This document shows, one piece after another, positions 1-8,631 of a stretch of 64,000 nucleotides of DNA. A program made the position numbers and the translations under genes. Every line of letters starts with the position of its first letter. Positions within the stretch are counted from its first letter, which is position 1. The stretch lies in assembly GCA_016196755.1 (NCBI GenBank), contig JACPXC010000023.1, positions 33,363 to 97,362 on the forward strand. The letters run 5' to 3'. The stretch is from Elusimicrobiota bacterium. Lineage in GTDB: Bacteria; Elusimicrobiota; Elusimicrobia; UBA1565. Under the pieces are notes generated by a model. That model worked only from the letters and a program-made list of their open reading frames with translations, searched no databases and was not told the DNA's origin.

Positions 1-424
1 CCGCGTCTTGGCGCAGCCCGGGGTCGGGGCCGCGGGTCCGCGCACCTGCCGTCCCGGGCCGGGCCTCGACCGCGACGCGACGGCCTGCGCCCTGGCCGGC
101 GCCGGGCGGACGCGCAGCGTGCGCGTGCTCTACGCCCACTGCCTGGCCCTGCGGCGCGAGGCGGTCTCGGCGGTCGGCCTCCTCGACGAGCGCCTGGTCT
201 GGGGCGAAGAGGACGACGACTACTGCTTCCGGCTCCGCCAGGGCGGCTGGCGGCTGGCCGAGGCAGAGGACTGCCTCGTCGGCCACACCGGCGGCGCCAG
301 CCGCGGGCGCTGGAGCCCGGGGCGGCGGCGCGCCCACGCGCGCGCCAACGCCGCGGTGCTCCGCGAGAAATGGGTCGGCGAGGCGGCGCGCATCCGCCGC
401 GACCTCAAGGCGGTCCTGGCATGA
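1..424 (+). CDS. Glycosyltransferase family 2, C-terminal part (truncated by window edge)
   Basis: GT2 C-terminal motifs 'VGLLDERLVWGEEDDDYCFRLRQGGWRL...VGHTGGAS'; stop overlaps next ATG (ATGA). Confidence 0.8.
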   Translation, partial: RVLAQPGVGAAGPRTCRPGPGLDRDATACALAGAGRTRSVRVLYAHCLALRREAVSAVGLLDERLVWGEEDDDYCFRLRQGGWRLAEAEDCLVGHTGGASRGRWSPGRRRAHARANAAVLREKWVGEAARIRRDLKAVLA

Positions 425-1053
425 GGCGCCTGCGCCTGCCGCGCGGGACGCTCCTGGTCCTAGCATCCCATCCCGACGACGAGTCCCTGGGCTGCGGCGG
501 GGTCGTCGCGGCGCACTGCCGGGCCGGACGGCGCGCGGTGGTGGCGTTTGCCACCGACGGCGGCGCCGGCTCGCCCGCGCGCCTGCGCGGCCCGAGACTG
601 GCCGAACTGCGGCGCGCCGAGGCGCGCGCGGCCTGCCGCGTGCTCGGGGCGGAATGCGAGTTCTGGGGGCTTCCCGACGGCCGGCTGGCCCGCGCGGTCG
701 GCTTGCGGGCCCGCGTGGCCGAGGCCTTGGCCCGGCTGCGTCCCGCCGCGGTGCTCGCCCCCGGCGCCGACGACCCGCATCCCGACCACAGGGCGCTGGC
801 CCGCGCGCTGGCCCGAGCCGAGGGACGGCGGCGGGCCGAATGGATCTATGAAGCGGCCAGCGCGGTGCGTCCCGACGCGGCCGCCGACATCGGACCGGAC
901 CTGCGCCGGAAGCTGGCGGCCTTGGCCCGTCACCGGACCCAGGAGCGCGCCCACGGCTTCGTCGAGTTCGCCCGGCGGCGCGCGCAAGCCCGCGCGATCC
1001 TCCTGCCCGGCGCGGACTTCGCCGAGGTCTTCGCCCGCGGGGGGGCGCGGTGA
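421..1053 (+). CDS. PIG-L/LmbE family N-acetylglucosamine deacetylase
   Basis: Motifs SHPDDESLGCGG, TDGGAG, RRAEA, HPDH, HRTQ; ATG at 421 overlaps upstream stop. Confidence 0.9.
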   Translation: MRRLRLPRGTLLVLASHPDDESLGCGGVVAAHCRAGRRAVVAFATDGGAGSPARLRGPRLAELRRAEARAACRVLGAECEFWGLPDGRLARAVGLRARVAEALARLRPAAVLAPGADDPHPDHRALARALARAEGRRRAEWIYEAASAVRPDAAADIGPDLRRKLAALARHRTQERAHGFVEFARRRAQARAILLPGADFAEVFARGGAR

Positions 1054-1787
1054 GGCGCGGGGTGGGGGCGCTGGCCTTCGGCCCCGACGGACGCCTGCTC
1101 CCCCGCCTCAAGGACGGCGCGGCGCGCGCGCTCCTGCGCGCGCTGGCGGAGTGCTGGGACGTCTCCTACGACGCGCATTGCCGCTCCGATGAGCCGGCCG
1201 TCGCCGAGGCGCGCGAGGCCGAGTGCGCCGCGGCCGCCGCGAGCCTGCGGCCGCTGGTGCGGGGGCGGCGCGTCCTCGAGATCGGCTGCGGCGACGGGAA
1301 CCTGCTCTCTAAGCTCGCTCCTCACGCGCGCCGCCTCGAAGGGGTGGACGTCTCGCCCGCGGCGCTGGCGCTGGCGCGGCGCCGCTGCCGCGGCCTGAGG
1401 AACGTCCGCCTGCGCCGCTTGGGTCGGTGGCGTCTGCCGTTTGCCGACGGCGCGTTCGACGCGGTGCTCTGCCGGCGGACGCTCTCGCACCTGGACCCCG
1501 AGGCCGCCCTGGCCGTCTTGCGCGAGGCGCGGCGGGTCGTGAAGGACAGGGGCCGCCTGGCTTTCGACCTCGCCCACCTCTACGACGCGGACTATCTGGA
1601 GGTCCTGACCACGCCGGCGCGCAGCAGTTGGCCCAGCCCCAACCGTCAGCGCTTCTGGACGCCAGGGATGGTCCGGGCCGTCCTGCCGCGTCTCGGCCTG
1701 CGCCTGGACTCGCTCGCGACCGGCCGGCATCTCGAGATCCGCGCCACGCGCGTCAGCACAGCGCGACGACCGGACGCAGCGACCTAG
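1050..1787 (+). CDS. Class I SAM-dependent methyltransferase
   Basis: VLEIGCGDG motif I, GVDVS, LPFADGAFDAV, REARRVVKDRG. Confidence 0.88.
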   Translation: MRRGVGALAFGPDGRLLPRLKDGAARALLRALAECWDVSYDAHCRSDEPAVAEAREAECAAAAASLRPLVRGRRVLEIGCGDGNLLSKLAPHARRLEGVDVSPAALALARRRCRGLRNVRLRRLGRWRLPFADGAFDAVLCRRTLSHLDPEAALAVLREARRVVKDRGRLAFDLAHLYDADYLEVLTTPARSSWPSPNRQRFWTPGMVRAVLPRLGLRLDSLATGRHLEIRATRVSTARRPDAAT

Positions 1788-2709
1788 CGGCGCAGAAGCG
1801 CGCCAGGCGGCCTACCGTCCGGTAGCGCAGGACGAAGACCAGCCAGGCCTCGGGCCGGCGCGCGACCTGCCGCGCCAGGCTGCCGCCCTCGAAGATCCCC
1901 GACGGGCGGTAGCCCAGCGCCGCGAAGCCCGCCAGAGCGTTGTGGAGGATGGCGCGGCCGGTCTGGTCGCGCCCGTCCTGCCAGGCCACGACGGCCACGC
2001 GCGCGCCCGGTCGGATGCCCGCCAGGCGCGCGTAGGCCGCGCAGGCAGCCTTCCACGAGAAGCGCGGCGCGCGGCGGCGCGCACCGGCCGAGAGCCGCGC
2101 GCGCAGGCGCCGGTCTTCCCACAGCCGCCGCGCGGCGCGCGCCAGCGCCGCCGGGTCCTTGGGCGGCACGAGCAGGCCCTCGCGGCCCGAGCGCACGACT
2201 TCGGGGATCCCGCCCACGCGCGACGCGAGTACGGGCGTCCCTGCGGCCAAGGCCTCGACCGCGGCCAGGCCGAAGCCCTCCTCGCGGCTGGGCAGGACCA
2301 GGAACTCCGCGCGGCGCATGACGGCCTGCAGGGCGCCGTGCTCCAGCACGCCGAGGTCCCTGACCAGGTCCGCCACGCCCAGGCGCCGCGCCAGCCGGGT
2401 CAGCTTGCCGCGTGAGTGGTCCGTGCCGCAGAGCACGAGCGGGATGCGCAGACCTTCGGCGGCGAGGCGGGACCAGGCGAAGAGCAGGACATCGACGCCC
2501 TTGTGGTCGGCTCGGCGCGAGGCGCAGAGCGCGAAGCGGGGCGGCAGTCCGCGCGGCGGCGCGCTCGGGCGCGCGGCGGGCGCGCCGAAGGTGACGACCC
2601 GGGCCCGCCGCGCGGCGGGGGCGAAGAGCGCCACGTCGGCCCGGCAGCGGCGCGAGTTCGCGGCGACGGCGCGTGCCAGGCCGAGCAGGCGCGCGGTCGG
2701 GTTCAGCAC
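1753..2709 (-). CDS. Glycosyltransferase family 4 (GT-B), apparently circularly permuted
   Basis: HKGVDVLL, PSREEGFGLAAVEALAAGTPVLASRVGGIPEVV; GTG at 2709 overlaps stop of upstream paralog. Confidence 0.85.
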   Translation of the reverse strand: MLNPTARLLGLARAVAANSRRCRADVALFAPAARRARVVTFGAPAARPSAPPRGLPPRFALCASRRADHKGVDVLLFAWSRLAAEGLRIPLVLCGTDHSRGKLTRLARRLGVADLVRDLGVLEHGALQAVMRRAEFLVLPSREEGFGLAAVEALAAGTPVLASRVGGIPEVVRSGREGLLVPPKDPAALARAARRLWEDRRLRARLSAGARRRAPRFSWKAACAAYARLAGIRPGARVAVVAWQDGRDQTGRAILHNALAGFAALGYRPSGIFEGGSLARQVARRPEAWLVFVLRYRTVGRLARFCAARSLRPVVALC

Positions 2710-3722
2710 AGGTTGACCAAGGGGCGCAGGTCGCGGTCCTCGAAGAACCGCGCCAAAACGGCGACCTCGCGGTAGCGCAGCAGGAAGACGACCCAGGCGT
2801 CGGGACGGGTCCGAGAGAGCGCCTCGAGCGGGGCCCGGCTCGGCCGCCGGCCTGCCCAGGCCGCGCCCGAGGCGCGGTAGCCCAGCGCGCGCAGGCCGGC
2901 GACGGCGTTGCGGCGCAGGGCCGCGGCGGTCTGGTCGCGGCCGTTCTCCCAGACCACGACGGCGACGCGCGCTCCGGGCTTGAGGCCGGCCAGCCGGGCG
3001 TAGGCGGCGCAGGCCGCCAGCCAGGTGAAGCGGCGCGAGCGCTTCAAAGCCCCGGCCGCCAGGCGGCGGCGCAGGACCGGGTCGTTCCAGAGCCGGCGTA
3101 GGGCGCGGGCCAGCGCCGCGGGCTCCTTGGGAGGGACGAACAGTCCCTCGCGGCCGTGGCGCATGAGCTCCGGCACGCCTCCGACGCGCGAGGCCACCAC
3201 CGGGGTCCCGGCGGCCAGCGCCTCGAGGACCACGCCTCCCAGCGTGTCGCGCCGGCTGGGCAGGACCAGGGCCTCGGCGCGGGCCAAGAGCGCCTGCATG
3301 CGGGAATGCGGGACGCGGCCGAGGTCGACGATGGAGCGTTCCACGCCGAGCCTGCGCGCGAAGCGGCCCAGCCCCCCGCGCGAGTGGTCCTGGCCGCAGA
3401 GCACCAGCGGGATGTCGGCCAGCGCCGTCCACGCGAAGACCAGCACGTCGAGCCCTTTATATTCGGCGCGGCGCGAGGCGCAGAGGACGAAGCGGCGCGG
3501 GAGTCCCTTCGGGGCGGGCGCCGGGCGCACCGCCGGGGCGCCGAAGTAGACCACGCGCGCGCGGCGCGCGGCCGGCACCCACTTGGCGTTGTCGCGCCGG
3601 GCGAAGCGCGAATTCGCGGTGACGGCCCGCGCCGAGCGCAGCAAGCGTCCGGTACCCGGCCGGTCCCAGCGCAGGGCCGAGAGCTCCCCTGCGGTCGGCG
3701 CGCGCTCAGGCCGCGGCGGCAT
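2703..3722 (-). CDS. Glycosyltransferase family 4 (GT-B), apparently circularly permuted paralog
   Basis: YKGLDVLV, PSRRDTLGGVVLEALAAGTPVVASRVGGVPE; closely similar to 1753..2709. Confidence 0.88.
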   Translation of the reverse strand: MPPRPERAPTAGELSALRWDRPGTGRLLRSARAVTANSRFARRDNAKWVPAARRARVVYFGAPAVRPAPAPKGLPRRFVLCASRRAEYKGLDVLVFAWTALADIPLVLCGQDHSRGGLGRFARRLGVERSIVDLGRVPHSRMQALLARAEALVLPSRRDTLGGVVLEALAAGTPVVASRVGGVPELMRHGREGLFVPPKEPAALARALRRLWNDPVLRRRLAAGALKRSRRFTWLAACAAYARLAGLKPGARVAVVVWENGRDQTAAALRRNAVAGLRALGYRASGAAWAGRRPSRAPLEALSRTRPDAWVVFLLRYREVAVLARFFEDRDLRPLVNLC

Positions 3723-4644
3723 AGAGCGGTTCGTAGGCCGCGGCGGCGGCGTCCCAGCTGAAGCGCCGCGCGCGGCGGCGCGCCGAGGCCCCGAGGCGCC
3801 GGCGCAGGGCCGGGTCGTCCCAGAGCCGGCGCATGGCGCGGGTCAGCGCGCCGGGGTCGCCGGACGGCACGAGCAGGCCGTCGACGCCGTGGCGCACGAG
3901 CTCGGACACGCCGCCGGCGCGGGTGGCGACGACGGCCTTGCCGGCGCTCATGGCTTCGAGCAGGGCGATAGGGAAGTTCTCGCGCCGCGACGGGAGGACG
4001 AATACGCGGGCCTCCGCGAGGCGCCGGGACAGAGCGGAGGGCGACAGTTGGCCCGCGAACTCGACGTGCGGAGCCAGGCCGAGCCGCCCCGCGAAGCCGG
4101 CCAGGCTCCCTCGGCTCTGGTCGCGCCCGGCCAGCACGAGGCGCGCCTCGGGACGCGTCTCTCTGAGGCGCGCGAAGGCCATGAGGAGGAGGTCGATTCC
4201 CTTATAGGGGGCGAGCCTCGCGGAGCACAGGATGATAGGCGCGGCGGCGCGTCCGCGCGCCCGGGGGAGCGAGGGGCCGCAGGAGTAGACCGCGCGCAGG
4301 CGGCCCGCCAGCGCCGGGACGAGTCGCAGGGCTTCGCGGCGCTGGGCGGCGCAGACCGCGGCCAGGGGGCCGAGGCGGGCGAGGCGCTCCAAGGTGCGCC
4401 GGCCGCCCGCGAAGCGCAGGTAGTCGGCGAGGACCAGATGGAGCGTGGTGACCACCGGCCAGCGGCCGCGCTCGGCCTTGCGGAGGAACGGCCCGGGGTC
4501 GCGGCCGAAGAGGTGGAGGTGCCAGACCTCGGCGCCGCGGGCGACGACCCGGTGCCCGCGGCGGCGCAGGGCGCGCGCGTAGTGGGCCGCCACCGCGAGG
4601 TCGGTGGCGTCGGCGGGGTCGAAGCCGGCTAGGCCTATGCGCAA
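3706..4644 (-). CDS. Glycosyltransferase family 4
   Basis: YKGIDLLL, PSRRENFPIALLEAMSAGKAVVATRAGGVSE; probable TTG start at 4644 after GAGGT. Confidence 0.88.
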   Translation of the reverse strand: MRIGLAGFDPADATDLAVAAHYARALRRRGHRVVARGAEVWHLHLFGRDPGPFLRKAERGRWPVVTTLHLVLADYLRFAGGRRTLERLARLGPLAAVCAAQRREALRLVPALAGRLRAVYSCGPSLPRARGRAAAPIILCSARLAPYKGIDLLLMAFARLRETRPEARLVLAGRDQSRGSLAGFAGRLGLAPHVEFAGQLSPSALSRRLAEARVFVLPSRRENFPIALLEAMSAGKAVVATRAGGVSELVRHGVDGLLVPSGDPGALTRAMRRLWDDPALRRRLGASARRRARRFSWDAAAAAYEPLYAAAA

Positions 4645-4681
4645 GTCAGAGACCTCACGGCATCTGGAGCAATGTACGGCT

Positions 4682-4847
4682 AACGGCAGTAGGATCGGGC
4701 GAGCTGCGTGCACGCTTCGCGTACTGAACTATCCGCGCGGATAGTTCCATTAGCGCGGTGCGCGAAGCGTGCACACGACCTCGCCCATTCTTTCTGCCGT
4801 TCTCTGTTCGAGATCGAAGAATCGCGGTCGTTCGCGATTCTTCGATC
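4682..4847. repeat. Two strong intergenic stem-loops: an ~120-nt nested hairpin and a 15-bp perfect hairpin
   Basis: AACGGCAG/CTGCCGTT, GGGCGAG/CTCGCCC, GTGCACGCTTCGCG/CGCGAAGCGTGCAC, inner palindrome GAACTATCCGCGCGGATAGTTC; second stem GATCGAAGAATCGCG-gtcgtt-CGCGATTCTTCGATC. Confidence 0.8.
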
Positions 4848-4871
4848 CACGCGCCCGAGGCGCGTAAATTC

Positions 4872-4985
4872 TCAGTCCCCCTCGACGATGGAGAGCACGC
4901 CGTGCTTCTCGAGCTTGGGCTTGCGCCACTTCTTCTTGGCGGTCTTCGCGGGCTTGGCGGGCCGCTTGCTGGGCTTCTTGGGCAT
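4872..4985 (-). CDS. Small peptide with lasso/RRE-type leader motif (putative RiPP precursor), MPKKPSKRPAKPAKTAKKKWRKPKLEKHGVLSIVEGD
   Basis: GGAGG SD 6 nt upstream of ATG 4985 (alternative ATG 4991 overlaps DegT stop); host-like codon use; WxxPxLxxxG motif; same operon as PqqD/RRE gene. Confidence 0.72.
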   Translation of the reverse strand: MPKKPSKRPAKPAKTAKKKWRKPKLEKHGVLSIVEGD

Positions 4986-4987
4986 GG

Positions 4988-6106
4988 TCATCCTCCGAAC
5001 TCGCGCAGGGCTTGGGCCGTCCGCGCGGTCTCCTCCGGCGTCAGGGCCGGGGAGAAAGGCAAGCTCACGAGCTCCTTCCAGAGCCGCTCGGCGTTGGGGA
5101 GCCGGCGGCGCCACGGGCGATAGAGGTCGTAGAGGTGGCAGGGGAAGGTCCGCAGCGCGGCCTCGACGCCGCGGGCGCGCAGGTGCCGGGTGAGCGCCGC
5201 CCCGCCGCCGCCGGGCGCCCGGACCGTGAACTGGCTGAGCCCGCGCGTGGCCCAGGGGGCGTCGACGGCCGCGCGCAGGTGCGGGTGGCCGTCCAAGGCC
5301 TGCCGGTAGGCGCGCTCCTGGCGCGCCAGGCTCCGGCGCAGGTCCTTCCAGCGCGCCAACTGGGCGATGCCGACGACGGCCGAGAGGTCGCTCATGCGGC
5401 TGCGCCAGCCGAGGACGCGCACGTCGCCGGCCCGCGGCTCGGCGTCGCGGCCCGCGATCCCCATGCGCGAGAGCAGGGCGACGCGGCGGCGCCAGGCCGG
5501 GCGCCGGACCAGAAGCGCCCCGCCGTCGAGCGCGGTGGGGGCCTTCTGGCGGCTGAAGCTGAACGCCCCGGCGTCGCCGAGCGTGCCCACCGGGCGTCCC
5601 TTGTAGCGCGCGCCGACCGCCACGCAGCAGTCCTCGATGAGCGCCGCGCGCCGGCCGGCCGCCTTGCGCAGCGCGTCCATGTCGCAGGGATGGCCGCCGA
5701 GATGGACGGCGACGACGGCGCGCGTGCGCGCGGTCCGTGCCGCCGCCACCGCGGCGGGGTCGAGGAGGCCGCGCTCGGGGTCCACGTCGCAGAACACCGG
5801 CTCGGCCCCGGCCTGCAGGATGGCGTGGGCCGTGGCCACGTCGGTCAGCGGCGTGGTGATCACCGCGCCGCCGCGCGCGCCGGCGGCCTCGAGGGCCAGC
5901 TGGAGGGCGGCCGTGCCGGAGCTCAGCGCGACGCAGTCGCCGCCGCCGGCGAAAGCGGAGAAGCGCGCCTCGAAGAGGCGCGTGAACACGCCGGTGCCGA
6001 GCCAGCCGCTGGCCACGGCCTCGCTCAAGGCCCGGGCCTCGGCGTGGCCGAGGGCGGGCCGGATCAGCGGGACGCCGGGGCGGCGGGCCGCTTGCGCTGC
6101 GCCCAT
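4988..6106 (-). CDS. DegT/DnrJ/EryC1/StrS family PLP-dependent aminotransferase
   Basis: SGWLGTG, SSGTAAL, VHLGGHPCDMD, IEDCC, FSFSRQKAPTALDGG (PLP Lys), LVSLP; exact start uncertain. Confidence 0.9.
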   Translation of the reverse strand: MGAAQAARRPGVPLIRPALGHAEARALSEAVASGWLGTGVFTRLFEARFSAFAGGGDCVALSSGTAALQLALEAAGARGGAVITTPLTDVATAHAILQAGAEPVFCDVDPERGLLDPAAVAAARTARTRAVVAVHLGGHPCDMDALRKAAGRRAALIEDCCVAVGARYKGRPVGTLGDAGAFSFSRQKAPTALDGGALLVRRPAWRRRVALLSRMGIAGRDAEPRAGDVRVLGWRSRMSDLSAVVGIAQLARWKDLRRSLARQERAYRQALDGHPHLRAAVDAPWATRGLSQFTVRAPGGGGAALTRHLRARGVEAALRTFPCHLYDLYRPWRRRLPNAERLWKELVSLPFSPALTPEETARTAQALREFGG

Positions 6107-7326
6107 CGTTCTTTTGCCTCCAGCCTCAGGCGGGCCACGGCGGCGGGGTCGAGCGCCCCGCTCGACATCGAAGGCACCGAGCTGGTCAGGTGCAGGCGGT
6201 CGCCGGCGCGCACCAGCGCGGCCGCGGACTCGGCCAGCGGCGTGCCGGGAAACGGCGTGGCCGCCGAGAACGAGGCGGCGTCGGTGCCCAGCGCCAGCGC
6301 CAGGTCGATGGTGGCCCGCGCGCTGGCCTCGGTCTCGCCGGGGAGGCCTAAGATGTAGAACGCGTAGGTGAGCATGCCGTGGCGCTTGAGGAGGGCGACC
6401 TGGGCGCGCAGGCGGGCCGGGGAGATCGGCGCGCGCCCGACGCCGCGCACGAGGGCGGGCGTGGCCGACTCGACGCCGAACATGACGCGGATGCAGCCGG
6501 CCGCCGCCATGCGCTCCACGAGCTCCTCGTCGAGCGCCTCGAGACGCGTCTCGCAGCCCCAGAGCAGCGGAGTCCCAGCGGCTTCCAGCGCGGCGCAGAG
6601 CTCGAGCGTCCGCGCGCGCTCGAGCGTGAAGAAGGGGTCGCGGAAGAGCACGAAGCGCGGGGCGTAGCGCCGGCGAAGCAGCTTGAACTCGGCGACGACG
6701 GACCGCGCGGAGCGAGCGCGCACCGCCTTGCCCTGGGTCACCGGATAGGCGCAGTAGTGGCAGCCCACCGGGCAGCCCCAGGCCGACTGGGTGGTCAGAT
6801 AGGAGTAGCGCTTGTGGTCGACTAAGTCCCAGCGCGGCACCGGCAGGGAGTCGGGGTCGGCGAGCCGGCTCGGGGCGGCGTCGAGGCGTCCGTCGCGGGC
6901 CAAGGACGCGAACGCCGGCGGAGCATCGCCGAGGACGACGCCGTCCGCGCCGGCGGCGAGCAGCGTGGTCTTCTCGACGGCGGCCTGCGGTCCGAAGAAG
7001 ACCAGCGTAGCGCCGGTGGCGCGCTTGGCGCGCAAGGCCACGTCGAGGTCATGCGGCATCGAGCCGGAGGCGGTACGTACCGCCAGCAGGTCGGGCTTGG
7101 CGGCGCGCACCGCGGCCACGGCCTCCTCGGGACGATGGTCCATGAGGACCGAGTCGATCACCGAGACCTCGGCTCCCTCGGCCAGGGCCCAAGCCGCGCA
7201 ATGGTGGAGGTCGAGGGTGGGGAGCTTGAGGCGGCTGGAGTGGCAGAACTCGCCCAGGCCGCCGTGCGCGTCCTTGAAGCTGACGAAGCCCGGCGGAGAC
7301 GGCGGGTCGAGGAAGACGACCCTCAC
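6064..7326 (-). CDS. B12-binding-domain radical SAM protein
   Basis: N-terminal cobalamin-binding-like region; CPVGCHYC (CxxxCxxC); FRDPFF, GVES, ILGLPGET, TPFPGTPL. Confidence 0.9.
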   Translation of the reverse strand: MRVVFLDPPSPPGFVSFKDAHGGLGEFCHSSRLKLPTLDLHHCAAWALAEGAEVSVIDSVLMDHRPEEAVAAVRAAKPDLLAVRTASGSMPHDLDVALRAKRATGATLVFFGPQAAVEKTTLLAAGADGVVLGDAPPAFASLARDGRLDAAPSRLADPDSLPVPRWDLVDHKRYSYLTTQSAWGCPVGCHYCAYPVTQGKAVRARSARSVVAEFKLLRRRYAPRFVLFRDPFFTLERARTLELCAALEAAGTPLLWGCETRLEALDEELVERMAAAGCIRVMFGVESATPALVRGVGRAPISPARLRAQVALLKRHGMLTYAFYILGLPGETEASARATIDLALALGTDAASFSAATPFPGTPLAESAAALVRAGDRLHLTSSVPSMSSGALDPAAVARLRLEAKERWAQRKRPAAPASR

Positions 7327-7607
7327 GCGGGCTCGAGCAGGCCTTCCTTCTTGAGGGCGGCCAGCAGCTCCGCCACGTCCGCGGCGATGCGCCCCGGCGG
7401 GGCCTCGAACTCCGCGTCGAGCGCGGCGGCCGCCGCCGCCGGGGAGCGCCCGCTGATGAGGAGCTCCCAGGCGCGCAGGCCGGGGCCGGCCAGGGAGTAG
7501 TACTGGGCGGTGTCGAGGTCGAGGATGACGGCCTCGTCGGCGACCTTGCGCCAGGCCACGTGGCGGGCGTGCTTGAAGCCGGTGCCGTTCTTGGAGCGTT
7601 TGGCCAT
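7323..7607 (-). CDS. PqqD family protein / RiPP recognition element (RRE)
   Basis: 94 aa 'VAWRKVADEAVILDLDTAQYYSLAGPGLRAWELL...DVAELLAALKKEGLL'; GGAGG SD and TGTTATAAT -10 upstream. Confidence 0.9.
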   Translation of the reverse strand: MAKRSKNGTGFKHARHVAWRKVADEAVILDLDTAQYYSLAGPGLRAWELLISGRSPAAAAAALDAEFEAPPGRIAADVAELLAALKKEGLLEPA

Positions 7608-7665
7608 GGTGTCCTCCGACGGGCGATTATAACATCGAGGCCCCGTGGTATCCTATGGCCCTGCC

Positions 7666-8631
7666 ATGTCGGTGAGCGTCGTGATCCTCGGGACCCGTCG
7701 CGCGGCGCTGCGGCGCTGCCTGGACAGCCTGGCCGCGGCGGGCGAGCCCGCCCCCGCCGAGGTCATCGTCGTCCTCAACGGCACCTGGGACGTGACGCCG
7801 GCGGACCTCGAGCCCTATCGGCGTTCGCTGGCGCCGACCGTCCTCGCCATGCCGGCGGCTCCGCTGGGACGCGCGCGCAACGCCGCGCTGCGGCTGGCCC
7901 GCGGCGAGATCCTGTTCTTCCTCGACGACGACGCGCGGGTGCCGCCCGGCTTCTTCGCGTCGCTGGCCGACAAGGTCCGGGCCTATCCCGACGCCGCCGT
8001 GCTCGGCGGGCCTAACCTCACCCCGGAGGACAGCGGGAGGTTCCAGCGCTGGGCAGGGGGCGTGCTGGCTTCCGCGGTCGGCGCGGGGCCGATGCGCCGC
8101 CGCTACGCGGGATTTGCGCGCGACGTGTGGACCGACGACAGCGCGCTGATGCTCTGCAACCTGGCGGTGCGCCGCAGTGTCCTCGTGGAGGAGCGGCTGG
8201 CCTTCCCCGAGGACCTCGACCGCAACGAGGAGAACCTCCTGCTCGAGCGCCTGCGCCGGCGCGGCCGGGCGGCCCTGCATTCTCCCGCGCTGGCGGTGCG
8301 CCACGACCGGCGTGCCGGACCGCGGGCGTTCCTGCGCCAGTGCGCGCTCTCCGGGCTGGGGCGCGGCCAGATGACGCGCTCCCTGCCGGCTTCCCTGCGC
8401 CCCGTCCACGCCGCCCCGGCGGCCATGGCCGTGGCCTTTGCGGCCTCGGCGGTCTGGGCCCCCGGCTTGGCGGTCCTTTTGTCCGGAGGCTACGCGGCCG
8501 CCGTGCTCGCCTCCGGCTGGACCTCGGGCGGCGCCGTCCTCGACCGGGCCGGGGTGGCCGCCCTGACCCCGGCGGCGCACCTGGCCTACGCGGCGGGCTT
8601 CCTCGCCGGCCTGGCCGGGGCGCGGCAGTGA
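7666..8631 (+). CDS. Glycosyltransferase family 2 with C-terminal membrane segments
   Basis: VSVVI, LRRCLDSL, ARNAAL, FFLDDDA (DxD), hydrophobic C-terminus. Confidence 0.88.
   Translation: MSVSVVILGTRRAALRRCLDSLAAAGEPAPAEVIVVLNGTWDVTPADLEPYRRSLAPTVLAMPAAPLGRARNAALRLARGEILFFLDDDARVPPGFFASLADKVRAYPDAAVLGGPNLTPEDSGRFQRWAGGVLASAVGAGPMRRRYAGFARDVWTDDSALMLCNLAVRRSVLVEERLAFPEDLDRNEENLLLERLRRRGRAALHSPALAVRHDRRAGPRAFLRQCALSGLGRGQMTRSLPASLRPVHAAPAAMAVAFAASAVWAPGLAVLLSGGYAAAVLASGWTSGGAVLDRAGVAALTPAAHLAYAAGFLAGLAGARQ

Noticed and set aside
4680-4874. UGA read-through (selenocysteine) extending the peptide by 63 codons
   Set aside because: The frame is open, but codon use is not host-like, the region is explained by hairpins, and no recognisable SECIS geometry was seen.
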